Shown: positions 24,328-39,260, counted from the first letter of the stretch. The stretch: 64,000 nucleotides of DNA from Paraspadella gotoi (GCA_051294375.1 CM119268.1:23964349-24028348), one strand, 5' to 3'. The notes: generated by a model from the sequence alone, not told the origin. A program made the numbers and translations.

Positions 24328-25148
24328 ATTGCACACCAATGAAATTTCTCTAGGGAAAAAAAGGCTTTTTTTATCGAAGTCGTAAAAATGTCAAAGACAT
24401 TAATTTTCTCTCTTTTTTATTTCGCAGTAGAATAAACATTATTTTGTTATCGAGAAAGAATCTCATGGAAGACATAGAAATTTAAAAATTAGAAGTCATT
24501 TTAGATTAAACAATTAAGTCGGTATTTAGGTTTGCATTGACTCGAGTCGCCGATCCGATTTCATTTCTTGAGTTTGTTTCCTCTGCGATGGATTCAAGAC
24601 AAAATAAAAAACAAATCAAGTGAGTAACTGACAAAATGACAAAATGACAAACTAAAAAAAGACAGACGGACAAACAAGCAGAAAAACTGAAAAACAGACT
24701 GACAAGCTTACCTACTTACAAAATGATTCATTCAAACTATAGGTCATGATGTGCATCCATTAAGTCATTCGATTTACGAGATTAAATAAATAACAATTTT
24801 CGTTAAAATGTTACTACTTAGTTTACAAATAAGTGATCAACCACAAAATGCTTGTTATGCATCAGTTTATTACCTGTCTAGTCACGTAATTATTAAACAA
24901 AAAAGAAATTAACTGCATCGCAAAGTGTTGAACTTGACAGTTATTATTATTTCAAAATACTTTTTATCTTCTACTCATTCTTTGTCGTTCATTGAGTTTA
25001 ATATTTTTTCTCTGTCATCCAGAGAAAGATTAGAATTACGAGAAATTTAAATCGCCTCACAGACTGACGGACTGACGGACTGACGGACCGAGGGACAGAC
25101 CGACCGACCTTCCCGTTTCTGGTTTTAGTCCAACCCCAATCCAAGGAT

Positions 25149-25185
<37 letters not shown>

Positions 25186-27331
25186 GTCAGAGAGAAAGAG
25201 AGAGAGAGAGAGTTTATCATTTTTTAATTCTGTCATCACTCAGTTTTCTTTTCCATCTTGTCATCTCTTGTCTGTCATCTCTTTCTCACTGTCATTTCTG
25301 ATCTGTCATCATATTTTTAAAAGCTAAAAGTTTTTCTCCCCCCCGCAAAAAAATATTTTTGAAAAATGTTTGTTTTGAGAAAAAATAACATTAAAAAAAC
25401 AAAAAAAATATTTGTCAAAAATATAGCTTTAGACAAAAACCATAATTCAAATCGGTAAAACAAATAGATTAAGTGTTAAAGAGTTTATAATGATTTTTAT
25501 CTGAATTGAGCCCTGACCTTTTTTTTTAATGGCTCAAATATCTGAATTTAAAGTTTAATTGAATGACTCCAATAGTTCTGTTTAAAGCCTATAATTGGTT
25601 GAATTTTATACATTGAATTTGAATATCTGGTCTCTCATTGGTTAATAATAACTAGTAGATGTTTTGATTTGTATTCTTAAAATGTGAACTCTCCTCTCAT
25701 TGGTTGTTATAATGTTGTCCTTGTATTAAAAGGAGAGTAAATTCTTAATTTTTGGGAGATTCCTCTGAGACCAACAGGTATTAAATAATATATGTGAAAT
25801 TACTTGAATATGTTAATAAATTTTAAGCTTTTATGTAGCTTTGAGCTGTTGCTACGTCTCGCCTCTGTTGCTACATCTCGGTTCTACTGCTACTGTTGCT
25901 GCGTATCGGCTCTACTGCTGCTTCTGAATTTTGGCTCTCTGTCATTCTGATGCACGTCTTTCAATGATTATTGGATATTGAATACTTAATAAATTCATTA
26001 TTCTACTTTATTTGATATATTGATTGAGTTAATATTAAGTCGAGATTAAGCACTGCTCAAACAATGTTCTCATCTGAAACTGAGAAACCCCCCCCAAGCA
26101 ATATTCTTCATTAAGTAATAAGTATTAATTGATTAAATAAATAAGCTATCTTACAATCCTACTTAAGAAAATAAAGAAGAAAATCCCGTTAAGATTTTAA
26201 GGACTCCATCCTTATAGTAGACAATTAATTTGTATGTATTAGGATTTTTACGACGTAATTTTCAAGGACTTGATTGACGAGTAAAAAGGCTTTTTGACTA
26301 ATGCCGATGAGTGAATGAGATAGAGAGAGAGAGAGAGAGAGAAAGTAAGACGTCAACTTAGAAATAAATAAAAAAGTTGTCAACTGAAGGCTTTTTGCCG
26401 AAGACAAGTCTTTTAAATTACTTTAGTCAATTTAAAAAAGTAGTGAGTTTTTATCTTAATTTAAATCCTATTTCACTTTAAAATTTCGAGCTTTTACTTG
26501 ATTTTTTCCTAACCTGAAATATTTACAAAATCTTAAGAGGTAAACCACATTACATGGTTTCCAGTCGCTTTAATTTTTTCTGTTTGGGATTAGGAACATT
26601 TATATTTGCATCATTTCGATACAAGCAAAAAATATTCCCAGCTAAATGTAAATATTTGGTTGGTATCTGATAACAGCCTTTTATTGTACACTACAAAAAT
26701 GTATACATAAATTATAGAAAATCTGTGGAAAAATACTTTCTCCATTTTTTTCTCATCTTCCTTCTTTTCTTGCTCTTATTCCTCCTCCCCTTCCTCCTTC
26801 TCCTCTTTCTCCTCCCCTCTTCCTCTTTTTCTTCCTCCTCCTCCTCTTCTTCCTCCTCCCCTTCCTCCCTCTCCTGCCTCCTCCTCTTCCTCCCCCACTA
26901 CCTCTTCCTCCTCCTCCTCCCCTTCCTCCTTCTCCTCCTCCGACTCCTCCTCCTCCTCCACCCACATCGCTCTTTCTCCCGACCCCAGTCTCCTTGGCAT
27001 TTCCAAAGGGTTACGATTCTAAAAACGATTAGTATAACTTTTTTATATTTATTATATAATATTATTGGAATAATAGCCTTCCTTTGTTAGAAGAGAGAGA
27101 GAGAGAGAGATATGAATTTTTGTGGCGAACAGAAGCAGAAGCAAAAAAAAAATGTTTGAAATGCGATGGAGCAAACAATGTGGTGCACTAATATAGAGGG
27201 AGAGAGAGAGAGAGAGACGCATATTTACAATTAACCCGATAAAATACATATAACATTAAATTTTTTTCGATATCTGATATCTGATATTAAATATAAATTG
27301 GCACAACCATCGAAAGATTGGCTCCATAGAC

Positions 27332-27391
<60 letters not shown>

Positions 27392-27630
27392 CCCGAACAA
27401 AACGCAATAAAGTAGAAAAGCGATGAAAAACAAAATAGAAATAAGAAGGGAAATTCAAATGTTGTGTTTCGCCGCAGTGACATTGTCATTCCTTGTATTT
27501 CCGTCTATTTTTTATACAAGGAGGTCCAGGTCTTTTGGGACTAGATAAAAAAAATAGTTTGAAAAGGTAAATAAAAGAATAATGGTATGAAAATTGATGC
27601 ACATGTAAAAAATTGTATTAAAAGTTTTAA

Positions 27631-27972
27631 AACAAGTTTGAGCAAACAATGTCGATCTGCCCACGATCATTATCAGTAATTAATTAATTGATAATTAAAT
27701 AATTCAAGTTGATTAATTAATTAGGCAATTAATTAATTAATTTGATCCCAAATGTTTGTTTTTAGGTCTTTTCGTCACTAACCACGACAGAAGCAATGAC
27801 GACGATGAAAATAATGCTGAAAACAATTGAATTGATTGATTGACTGATTAATTAATTATTGATTAATGAATTGACTAATTGATTAATTACCTGATTAATT
27901 ATTTGATTTATTAATACATCTTGCATTTACATTTAATATAAAAGGAAAAAGAAGCATAATCAATTAGATAAA
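27631..27972 (-). mobile_element. 3' portion of HINE family 1
   Basis: Reverse complement of ~7175-7426 (AACAAGTTTGAGCAAACAAT..GATCTGCCCACG ... AAAGGAAAAAGAAGCATAATCAATTAG), ending at the same terminus, with an internal (ATTG/TTAA) expansion. Confidence 0.8.
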
Positions 27973-28599
27973 AGAGAAATTAGCCTAATTTTTAAATCTA
28001 GTCTCGCTTTTCTTTTGTCCTTGCCTGTAGGGTGGATGTCAAGCCTCTTGTCCCACAATTTTTTTTCTGTCTTAGTAAACAGATTGGCTCATTGAGTTAA
28101 GCCACTGGCCAAGTGGCCATTTGGTACCGTACTTAATTTAAATTCAATTTTTATAAAACTTATTTATTTCTCATACTAAAATGGAGGCTGATATTAAACT
28201 TGGGCAGAGAGTAAGTATCATAAAGTGTCATTTGTTTGACACAGACATACAAAATTGTCACCTTCTCCGTGTCTATTTTCTTTCACACATCATAAATCAT
28301 CATCATTATCATCATCATTATCATCATCATCTGTCAGAAGCAAATTGTCTATTTGTGCTTAAAAAAACAATTTTCAATTTTGCTTTTTTTTTTCTCCGAG
28401 TTCAAGTTTACTCAAACCGCGAAGTGAGAAGGTAACAACTTTTTCAAAGTAGAAAAAAAATTGGATTTGTTGTCGCGTCGTAGTCGTCGTCGTCGTGTTG
28501 TCCTCGTCGTTATCTTCGTTCTTTTAGTCATTTTGATTGAATATTCCTCTTTTTTATTTGTTTTTATAATTATTTTTTAAATAGCTTAAAATTGACTCT

Positions 28600-28608
28600 A
28601 TTCTCTCT

Positions 28609-28651
<43 letters not shown>

Positions 28652-29220
28652 TCTCGCTCTTTTCCCCTCTCTCTGCGTCCCCCTCTCCTTCGTTCTCTCT
28701 CCTTCTCTCTCTCTCCTATCTCTCTCTCTTCTCTCTCTCTCTTTCTCTCCCTCTCTATCTCCCTCTCTCTTTTCCCCTCTTTCTCTCTCTCTCCCCTCTC
28801 TCTTTCTCTTCTGTCTCTCTCTTTCTTTCTCTCCCTGTCTCTCTCTCTCTCTCCTTTCTCTTCTCTCTCTTTCCTCTCTCTCTCTCTCCTTTTGTTCTCC
28901 CTCTCTATCTTCCTCTCTCTTTTCCTTCTCTCTTTCTCTCTCTCTCTCTCCTCTCCGCTCTCCTTCTCTCTCTCGTCTCTCTCTCTTTCTTCTCTTTTCT
29001 ATATCTTTCTTCCAAGTGTGATGTCTTTCATTTTCTCTTTATTAATCTTTCATATCTTTTTTTCTTTTTCTTTTCATTTCTTTTTTTTTCTCTTCCAATT
29101 TCTCGTTTCTTTTTTTCTTTTTTCTTTTTTTTTTTTTTTCTTTTTTTCCTTTTTCCTTTTTCTTTTTTTTTTTTCGTTTCTTTTTACTTTTTTATCTCTT
29201 TTCCTTTTTTTTTATTTCCG
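28600..29220 (+). repeat. Polypyrimidine (CT)n/T-rich low-complexity tract, representative of many in the window
   Basis: Directly visible. Similar AG/CT tracts lie at 1247-1695, 11040-11345, 15955-16650, 18050-18600, 34650-34810, 46380-46780 and elsewhere. Confidence 0.95.
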
Positions 29221-29289
29221 CTTCATCAGCTTTTGATTTAAAAGTCGAGCCTGTCTCTCTCTCTCTCTCTCTCGTCTTCTCTCTCTCTC

Positions 29290-29322
<33 letters not shown>

Positions 29323-29649
29323 CCCGCACTTAGCCTGAAAGTGTTTTTTTTAGGGAATCAATCAGAAGATCAAAAAAAAAAAAAAATTGTAAATCCATCC
29401 GCAACTATTTTGTTTAATATATCTTTACAGTTTAACTTATTCTCCATCCGTACGTACCTCCTTCGTCGCGTCCCTCGTCCCTCCGTCCGTCCGTCCGTCC
29501 CTTCGTCCGTCCGTCCGTTTTAAAGAATTTAATATCCCGAGATAGGGGACTGGGAGAGAGAGAGAGAGAGATTAAAAAAAATAAAACAGTGGGAGAGAAA
29601 AAAAGACCTGGATTTTTAAAAAAAATCACCTTTTGGTTTCAAAAACATC

Positions 29650-29707
<58 letters not shown>

Positions 29708-31192
29708 ACTTTGAATGAAGCCGCTTCTTGCTCAAATTGCTTGAGGCTTTTTAAAAGAGATATTTTAAAAAGGAAAGAAGATTGAAGATAGTAATCAAGA
29801 TAGTTATCAAAATCCCTCTATATTTCACCGCATGAATCTTGAAGATAGAGAAAAATATTTTTTTTTATTTTGCCTTTTTGACGACTTTTAAATATTGTTG
29901 AAAACATTTTCATAAATATAATTAAATTAATTAAATAACTAATAAATTGATTCACATTTGATTCATATGACATCGTCTCCTACTCAACTTCTCCTACCTA
30001 AATAATATTTTAAGTTTTTTTAAATGATTCTGATTCTCAAAAAGTTAAACAAAAAGGATAATTACAACTTTTTAAAATTTTGACGTTTGATTTTCGAAAA
30101 TTAACAAAAACTATTAAAATCATTTTCGGATGATGATTATCACGATTTTTTAAGGTTTATTTTTAATTTTCACCCATTTATCATTATTATCATTAAAATA
30201 TTGAAAAAAAGTATACTTTGTATAGACAACTTTTTATAAGCTAACCGAATCTTCTTTCAAAATTTCAAAATTTAAAAAAAAAATCCTTTCTATAAATAAA
30301 TATTAAACAATTAATTACTAGTGCTTCTAGCCATTTAAAAAAAATTTTGGTCCATTGAAGGTTTTCTCAGGTCCCAAATCGAATTTCTGACTCACCCCAT
30401 TGACTTAGATTGGCCCTAGTAATATAACGCCTATCCAATCTCTATTTCTATATCTTCAACTCTATCCCATCTCTAATCTCAACTCTAATACCATCTATTC
30501 TCCTCTATCCCATCTCTAATCTATTCTCTAATNNNNNNNNNNNNNNNNNNNNNNNNNNNNNNNNNNNNNNNNNNNNNNNNNNNNNNNNNNNNNNNNNNNN
30601 NNNNNNNNNNNNNNNNNNNNNNNNNNNNNNNNNNNNNNNNNNNNNNNNNNNNNNNNNNNNNNNNNNNNNNNNNNNNNNNNNNNNNNNNNNNNNNNNNNNN
30701 NNNNNNNNNNNNNNNNNNNNNNNNNNNTTTTTTTGTCCCAATTTTTCCATCTTTTTTTTATAAACTGTTTTCTGTTTTTTTATCTAAATTGTTTTCATTT
30801 TTTTTATTTTTTTTTATTCTAAATATAATGTCAATCAATGTTTGTCTGTCTAGATGACTTTCATTCTTCAAATATCTCTCTCTCTCTGTTTTTCTCTCTC
30901 TCTCTCTCTTTCTCTCTCTCTGCGTCATATTTTGCCTTTGATATTTCTCAATTTACTTGTTTTTGCTCGATTATTTTTTCAATAATTTTGTTCAAAGAAT
31001 TCTCGGTAAGGAAAAAGAACAAATATTTTTATGGAGTGTTACAACCCTTTTAAAATCATTTTTATTATATAGATTTGTATATTGATATGTATATTGTTCC
31101 TGACTTTAAAAAAAAAACCTTTTTAAATAGTTATTATTCAAATTAAGAAACTGAATTGATAAGAAAATCCATTTCGGTTTAACATTAAAATT

Positions 31193-31227
<35 letters not shown>

Positions 31228-33489
31228 NNNNNNNNNNNNNNNNNNNNNNNNNNNNNNNNNNNNNNNNNNNNNNNNNNNNNNNNNNNNNNNNNNNNNNNNN
31301 NNNNNNNNNNNNNNNNNNNNNNNNNNNNNNNNNNNNNNNNNNNNNNNNNNNNNNNNNNNNNNNNNNNNNNNNNNNNNNNNNNNNNNNNNNNNNNNNNNNN
31401 NNNNNNNNNNNNNNNNNNNNNNNNNNNNNNNNNNNNNNNNNNNNNNNNNNNNNNNNNNNNNNNCTTTTAAAAAAACTAACGATTATTTAAGTGAAAACAA
31501 GAATTGCGTCTTGCGCTGCCACTTAACGGGTGGGCGAAAAAAAAAGATAAAATTAGAAGCAAAATTTGATTTTTTTTNNNNNNNNNNNNNNNNNNNNNNN
31601 NNNNNNNNNNNNNNNNNNNNNNNNNNNNNNNNNNNNNNNNNNNNNNNNNNNNNNNNNNNNNNNNNNNNNNNNNNNNNNNNNNNNNNNNNNNNNNNNNNNN
31701 NNNNNNNNNNNNNNNNNNNNNNNNNNNNNNNNNNNNNNNNNNNNNNNNNNNNNNNNNNNNNNNNNNNNNNNNNNNNNNNNNNNNNNNNNNNNNNNNNNNN
31801 NNNNNNNNNNNNNNNNNNNNNNNNTCAAAATTATCTGAAATTTCTCAAATGTTTTCATAAAAAATAAGATAAAAAAAAAGGTTTTTCTATTTGAAAGAAC
31901 AAAAAAATTGACAAATTGAAATCTTAAAACATTCGACATTTGAACTTCGGAAACAAAATAATTCACCCAACAAAATTTTAATTTAAAAAAAAATAAAATA
32001 AAATTTTGGCTTCGGTTTTAAGAGAAGCAGAGTTCAATTCCTTTCGATTTTCAGCGTAAATTCGTATTTATGACTTGATCAAAGAGAGAAAAAGAGAGAG
32101 ANNNNNNNNNNNNNNNNNNNNNNNNNNNNNNNNNNNNNNNNNNNNNNNNNNNNNNNNNNNNNNNNNNNNNNNNNNNNNNNNNNNNNNNNNNNNNNNNNNN
32201 NNNNNNNNNNNNNNNNNNNNNNNNNNNNNNNNNNNNNNNNNNNNNNNNNNNNNNNNNNNNNNNNNNNNNNNNNNNNNNNNNNNNNNNNNNNNNNNNNNNN
32301 NNNNNNNNNNNNNNNNNNNNNNNNNNNNNNNNNNNNNNNNNNNNNNNNNNNNNNNNNNNNNNNNNNNNNNNNNNNNNNNNNNNNNCTCTCTCAACCAAAG
32401 TATCTTCTCTCATCCTTTGTTTTGAAATCTTAAGATCCTCAACAATTCGCCGGAGGTCCAGAGTTCGATCCTCATCTTCCTTCTTCTCATCATCGTCATC
32501 ATCATCATCATCATCATCATCATCGTCATCATCATCGTCATCATCATCATCATCATCATCGTCATCGTCATCGTCATCATCATCATCATCATCGTCATCA
32601 TCATTTTTGTTTTTTGAAAATTGATCGACGAATCATTCTCTGCGACTCTCAGGTCCCAAGATCTTCAGGTCCGAACATCTTCATTTGACGAATTGCAAAG
32701 AATCGTATCTTCTCTCTTCTACGGTCTCTTCCTCTCTCTCGGCCTCATCTTCCTTCCCATTCCTCTCTCCCCTCTTCCTCATCTCCCTCTTTCTCACTCT
32801 CTCTACTCTCTCATCTCTAGCTGCCTCTCTACGTCACTCAGATTCCCCTGCTATCATCCAACAGTGCTACTTTCGGCCGGCCCTGCGCCCCCTTATCATT
32901 CTCCTTCTCTTTTTTCTCTCAGTCTTTTAATTTATCTTATTTTCTCGTCTTTTGAAAAGTCCACATAACAAAAACACGCTGCGTATATAACGTTTAAAGA
33001 TTCTAATCAATTTCTCTCTGGGATGGAACAAGATGAAAAAGAAAAAAAAAAAAATACAAGAAAGAAAAAATAAAATATTAAATATCAACTCTAAATCAAA
33101 ATAATGTTGGCAAATATCATGACGTTTTTTTTACGACAAGATAATATTGTTTTAATATGTTCGTTAGAAGATATTGATCATAAAATAAAATATAAAATAC
33201 ATAGTATTGAAAAATATATATATAATAAAAATCGTCAAAGCTTCTAACTACATGCTTTTTGACTGGTGAAATTTTTCTCAAAGTGTTATTCGAAAAATTT
33301 TTATAAATTTTCTAGAAAAGAGTATATAAACATGCAGAGATATGTTATATTTCTTTTGATTTTTAATAATGTTACAAGTATCTATAGAATGAAAAAAAAA
33401 AAACGTGTTTTTTTTTTAGTACCCAGTAATTTTGAGGTTAAAAGAAACAAAAGATATTATCATAATTTTTGTACGACATAATTGAGACT

Positions 33490-34716
33490 GAAATTTGCCT
33501 CATAACATTATAGCTCTATTTTTAATGTGAGCGATCTTACTACATATCACCTTTGAACTGTCGAGTAAAAATTCAAAATAATTGGTTCATAAAACTAAAC
33601 CACAAAAGTAGTAACCCATATTTTACACCAGAAAAATATGTTTTATATTTTATATAATTTATTTTAAAGAATACTCGTAAATAACGAGATATAGAGAGAG
33701 ATGAAAGAACTATAATTATTTTTGGGGCTTCGGATTTTTGAACACAGTCAGAAATAATGACCTATAAGCCAGAGTCGATTTCAATTAGTTCCTTTTTGAT
33801 ATGAATCATTTTTGTAAGTTAGGTATTAGTAAGCTCAGTTAACTTGTCTCTCTCAGATTTGTGTTTTTCAGATATATTGACTTTGATCAAAATGTATTTT
33901 GACGTGAGGAAAAAATTGTTGCTCCGTGATCTGTCTTTTTTTAGTTTTGTCATTTTGTCATTTTGTCAGTTTACTCACTTGATTTGTTTTTTATTGTTGT
34001 TCTTTGAATCCATCGCCCAGAGGAAACAAACTTCCAAGAAGGATGAATCGAGGTCGATCGGCCGACCTCGAGTCTCAATGCAACCTAAAATTACCGACAT
34101 GCGTTAAGTTGTTTAATTCTTAAAATGACTTCTAATTTTTTAGCAATTTTCTATTGTCTTCCAGAGATTCTTTCTAAGATATACAAAATTAATGTTTATT
34201 CTTACTGCGAAATAAAAGAGAAATGGAGGATGAAAATTTAATGTCGTTGACATTTTTTAACGAACTTCGATTAAAAAAAGCCTGTTTTTGCTGCACGACG
34301 ATATAGAGAGAATATTTCTATTGGAGACGAGGATGTTGTGAGTCAATGGACAGGGAAGAGAGAGAAGAGTGAAGAGAGACGGAAGGAGAGAGAGTGAGTG
34401 AGATGAAGAGAGAGAGTAGAGAGAGGAGAGAGAGAGAGAAAGGGAGGGCGAGAGATCTAAATGCATTTGTTATTCAGACCGCCTTGCGAGTGGATCTCGT
34501 AGATGACGCAGTGCTGATAGTGCGTCTCTGGTCTCGCCTCTGGTATACACGTTTTTGTGTTATTATATATATGTTCTCTTCTCTTCTCTTCTCTCTTCTC
34601 TTTTCATCATCTTTGTTTCCGTAAACTCTATTCTCTCTCTTCGTTCAAACCGTGCACACTCTCTTCCTCTTCTCTCTTCTCCTCTTCTTCCTCTTCTCTC
34701 TCTCTCTCTCTTCTCT

Positions 34717-34749
<33 letters not shown>

Positions 34750-35819
34750 CCTCCTCCTCCTCCTCTCCTTCTCTCTCTCTCCCCTCCTCTTTCCCTCGCC
34801 TCCTTCTCTCATTCTTCTACCTTCAACACTTTCATTCTCATCGTAACCAAATGTGATCCAGTGTCTTCACAGTGTGCTTTTGTATATAGATATATTATTT
34901 CTTACAAAGTCTTTCAACAACATATTTGACGCCACGTTTGATGCTGCCGCACAATGTGAGATCTAGTATCCCTGCTCTGTCTCTTATCTGTACCTCTCTG
35001 CTTCTCTCACGTTCTATCTTCCTCCTCGTCTCTTTGCTCATCATCCTCTCTCTCTCATCCTCTCTCTTCTCTCTCTCATCCATCCTGCTCTCTCTCCTAA
35101 TCTCTCTTTTTTCGTCAGATTAGCTTTCAATCGCTCTCCAACCTCGAGAACTCGCGTCCAGCATCATTAACCAAATCAAGCTCATACACTCAGGACTCCC
35201 ATTCATTACCTGCTCAAATTACTCACTCCAGTCTAATCTCAAGTTACTTCATATTTTCTGAGTTTTTCCTTAGGTACAAGACGTTTGAATTTACGTGTTC
35301 CATTCGCAACATTCAACTCTCTCTGCGACGTCTCACTGTTGACAGTTAAGGTCCCAAGATCTTTCCAGGTGTCTTGACCGAACATCTGACTCGTACAATA
35401 TATCTCGTGCAGGGAAATTGAAGCAACAATTTAAGAGCAGCCTCGGTTGCATTTCTGGTAAGCTGCGCATCTGGCCAGGATCAAGAAGAAAGAAGATATG
35501 ATATTAATTGTAACAGACAAAGAACTATAAAGATGTAGTATAATACAAGAAAGTCGATAAAAGTATCTGGCATGATTACGAAAAATGTATCGAGAGATAC
35601 TGGACATCAACTCTTTAAGAAAGTTGAGCATATGAATTTGTTGTTATGATGGATTTATATTGTATTAGGATGAGGAATGGAAGCCTGCTGATCTTGGACC
35701 GAGAGCACGACGCACTCAACGCCTGAGATATTTCTATCATCTTTACCTACGAGGCTTAACGTAGAATGAGTTATGCTGGCGTAACCTTATCTCCTTAATT
35801 CGATGAGATGATGAGAAAA
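33490..35819 (-). other. Insertion-riddled inverted copy of ~23340-24860 (likely raw long-read gap extension)
   Basis: For example, 33930-34290 is the reverse complement of 24360-24665 with many extra bases. About 1.5 kb is stretched to about 2.3 kb, ending at a 25-N gap. Confidence 0.8.
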
Positions 35820-36033
35820 NNNNNNNNNNNNNNNNNNNNNNNNNGAGAGAGAGAGAGAGATAATTTTGCGAAAAAGTATTTGGGGTAAGAAAAGTGTTGG
35901 TAAGTAAAGTTAAGTGAGAAGATTAGATGATGAGATTAGAAAAGTATGATACAGAAATAAAGGAATTAAAAGGGGATAAAATGAAGGGATTAGATGACAA
36001 AGATTAGATAAGGAAATTAGATGATGTAATTAA

Positions 36034-36168
36034 AGGGGGATTAAATGAGAGGATTAGATGAAGGGGATTAAATGAGAGGATTAGATAAAGTTGATTCAAT
36101 GAGAGGATTAGATAAAGTGAATTCAATGAGGGGATTAGATGAAGTGGATTAAATAAGGAGATTAGATC
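36034..36168 (+). repeat. 27-bp minisatellite AGGGGATTAAATGAGAGGATTAGATGA
   Basis: Five tandem units. Confidence 0.85.
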
Positions 36169-37044
36169 NNNNNNNNNNNNNNNNNNNNNNNNNNNNNNNN
36201 NNNNAAATAGTTCAACTCTGGGGGGTCTGGTCATTTCTTACTGGAGTCCAAAAGGAGGAGGAAAAGGAGGAGGAAGAAGAAGAGGTGGAGAAGGAGGAGG
36301 AAGAGAATTAGAAAGAGGAGGAAGAGGAAGAGGTTAAGTTACAACATAAAGAGAGAAGAGCATTCCAGGCGGGACTGGTTTTCATCTTAACTCTCTCTCT
36401 CTCTCTCTCTCTCTGCCATTAAAGCCTTTCTTTATTTTAACTCATAAGCTAAATCTTTCTTTCTTCTTTCTCATCAGTTTTCATTATCTTCCTTTTTCTA
36501 AATCTTATTATCTCTCCTTCCATTTATGCTTCACCTCACTCCATTCCCTAGATTGAGATTTTACTGAAATAATCATGAGACTAAAATACTTAAGGATTCA
36601 ACCTGTTGTGCAATGAAAATGTTCTTTGAAATATTATACCACTTCATTGATAAGGAACCCAGGTACTCTGGGGGTGAATAAATTAGACCGTGAGAGAGTC
36701 TTGAAAATAGTAATAATAAATTGTAAAAGTTATAATTAATTTTTTTTAAATATACATTTTCATTAGAATAATGTTGTTCATTGCTCACTTTTAGAGATTT
36801 AACTCAATTTAAATTTAAAATTTTTACTCCGCTTTTCTGTTCAAAAGTAGCTTATTTATTGAATGAATGAATATTTTTTATATTGGCTGTACCAACTTGA
36901 TAAGATGACCATTAATTTAAAAAAATCCTAAAATTAATTTAAACTGAAAATAAAAATATTTTTTAATAACTGATACAATAAATAAATAACTGTAACAAAA
37001 ATTAGCGCAGGTAGATAAATGTTCATTTAGACTCCGTCCAAAAG

Positions 37045-37325
37045 AGAGCTGAGAGCAAAGAGTAAAGGAATTAAAGCCAAGAGCTAAGGGCAAAGAGCTA
37101 AGGAATTAAAGCCAAGGGCTAATGGAAAAAGAATTAGAGCCAAGAGCTAAGGCAAAGAGCAAATTAATCAGAGCCATGGGCTAAGGGCAAAGAGCAAAGA
37201 AATTAAAGCCAAAGGCTAAGGGCAAAGAGCAAAGGAATTAGAAAAAATGGTTTACTGCAGGGAAAGAGGTGAAGGCAAATGGCAAAGGAGCAAATGGCAA
37301 AGGAGCAAATGGCAAAGGAGCTAAT
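37045..37325 (+). repeat. ~35-bp minisatellite (GCCAAGAGCTAAGGGCAAAGAGCTAAGGAATTAAA) grading into a 15-bp GCAAATGGCAAAGGA repeat
   Basis: Tandem units directly visible. Confidence 0.75.
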
Positions 37326-37391
37326 GCGAAAGGAAGAAGTCAAATTGAGTCTGGAGTCAAAATATGCATAAGAGTTGAGGTCGGGTTTCTG

Positions 37392-37442
<51 letters not shown>

Positions 37443-38472
37443 CGAGAGAGAGAGAGAGAGAGAGAGAAAAGAGAGAGAGAGAGAGCCCACGGTCCAGGGG
37501 TCGAGCAGCCCATTTCCAGGGTGGCCCCTACGAGTCCGGAAGAGAAAGTTGATCGCTTCCGGGTCATTAGACCTGAGAAGATATCGGACAAGGGCCGGCG
37601 TCCTGAACCCCTGTTTCCCTGTTCCCCTGTTCACCTGATCCGATGATCCCCTGATCCCCAGATTCTCTGATCCCCTGATACCATAATCCCCAGATTCTCT
37701 GATCCCATGTTCCCCTGATCCTCTGATCCCCTGATCCCCTTAACCTTTTGCTCTCGATCATTTTACCTCCGAATGTCCGATGGTTAAAAGTTTGAATCAT
37801 CAGTGACTCAAATTTCTGGACGAAAATAATTAAACAAGAGAAGAAAAAGAGAAGAGAGAACAGAAAATAGAAAAGAAAAAGAAGAAAAAGAAGGAAAAGA
37901 AAGAAAAGAGAAAAGAAAAGAAAAGAAAAGAAAAGAAAAGAAAAGAAAAGAAAAGAAAAGAAAAGAAAAGACAAAAAAGTGATCAAATCACAGAAAATCA
38001 ACATCAAAAGATTTTCACCGCAAACGAAATAAAAGTAGTCGTCGTCGTCGTCGTCGTCGTCATCGTCGTCAATCAGTCTCATTCTTATTTGTTTACATTT
38101 TTTCGCTACATTCCCCAGTTATGCGTTTGTTGACGTCGTCGTTGTCGTCGTCGTCGTCGTCGTTGTCTTTTTTTCATGTCTTGATTTTACTTTTTGTTTC
38201 TTTATTTTTTGAGGCTAAAATATTTTTTGCCAAAAAAAAGAAATTAGAAGAAATTTAAAATGATTTCCACTGATGAAGATCTGAAACTAAGACCGAAACA
38301 AAACAAAGAAAAACTTCGTTGTGAAAACAAAACTTTTCTTATCTGGAATTTCAAACCAATGAAAAAAAAGGAAAATTAGACTAATCATTCGATATTTATT
38401 TCTATGTTTTAAATTAATATGACGGTAATTATCAAAATGTGAAATAAAATCACAGAATATCAAATTCACAAT

Positions 38473-38517
<45 letters not shown>

Positions 38518-38690
38518 CGGTTTATTGACCGTTACATCAATTAGGAAGCCTGAGTCGAAACGGGAAAAAAAGGAAATTTTCGAAAAAAAGAAAAATGAAT
38601 CTTTTTTTTTAAAACATGTCCTTAGAGAGAAAGAGAAGTTGAGAGGGAGACCCCTGTGCGGTTAAAAGCCATTAAAAAGCATAATTAAAG

Positions 38691-38754
<64 letters not shown>

Positions 38755-39260
38755 TGGGAGGTCTGTAAGTTTTCTTGATTGATTTTTGAAGAAAAATGTT
38801 TTACGATTTTTTAAGAAAATCTTTTAAAACTAATAATCCAAAATGATAAAAGAAAAAAAAACATTGAAAAAGTTATATTGTTGACTATGTTAAAATAATT
38901 TTAGCCTTAATACTGTTCAAATATAAAAAGAAAATATAAGAAAATGAAAAAAATGTTTTTCTCAAATAAAAAACATGAAAAATAAAATGAATTATTTTGA
39001 ATTTCTTTGTTTTTCCTAAAAACCAGAATTGAGCCAAAAAAAAAAATTTCAACGTAAAGAAGAAAAACTTAAACAAAAGAAAACATTTTTTTATTTCGTT
39101 TTTATTTCATTAAATTTTTGTTTTATTTTTTATTAATATTTTGTCTGAACTTTGGTCTTCAACATTTTTCTTTGGAGTGAAAAACTTTTTTTCTCTCATT
39201 TTTTTTGGGGGTAGACGAACATGATGTTCTTCATTCTCTTCTCTCTCTCTCTCTCCTTTT

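Noticed and set aside
32386-32760. Acidic coding-looking stretch on the minus strand (poly-D, DEKKEDEDRTLDLRRIVEDLK)
   Set aside because: All minus frames hit stops just upstream, the poly-D comes from a (CAT/CGT)n microsatellite, and no splice sites were found.
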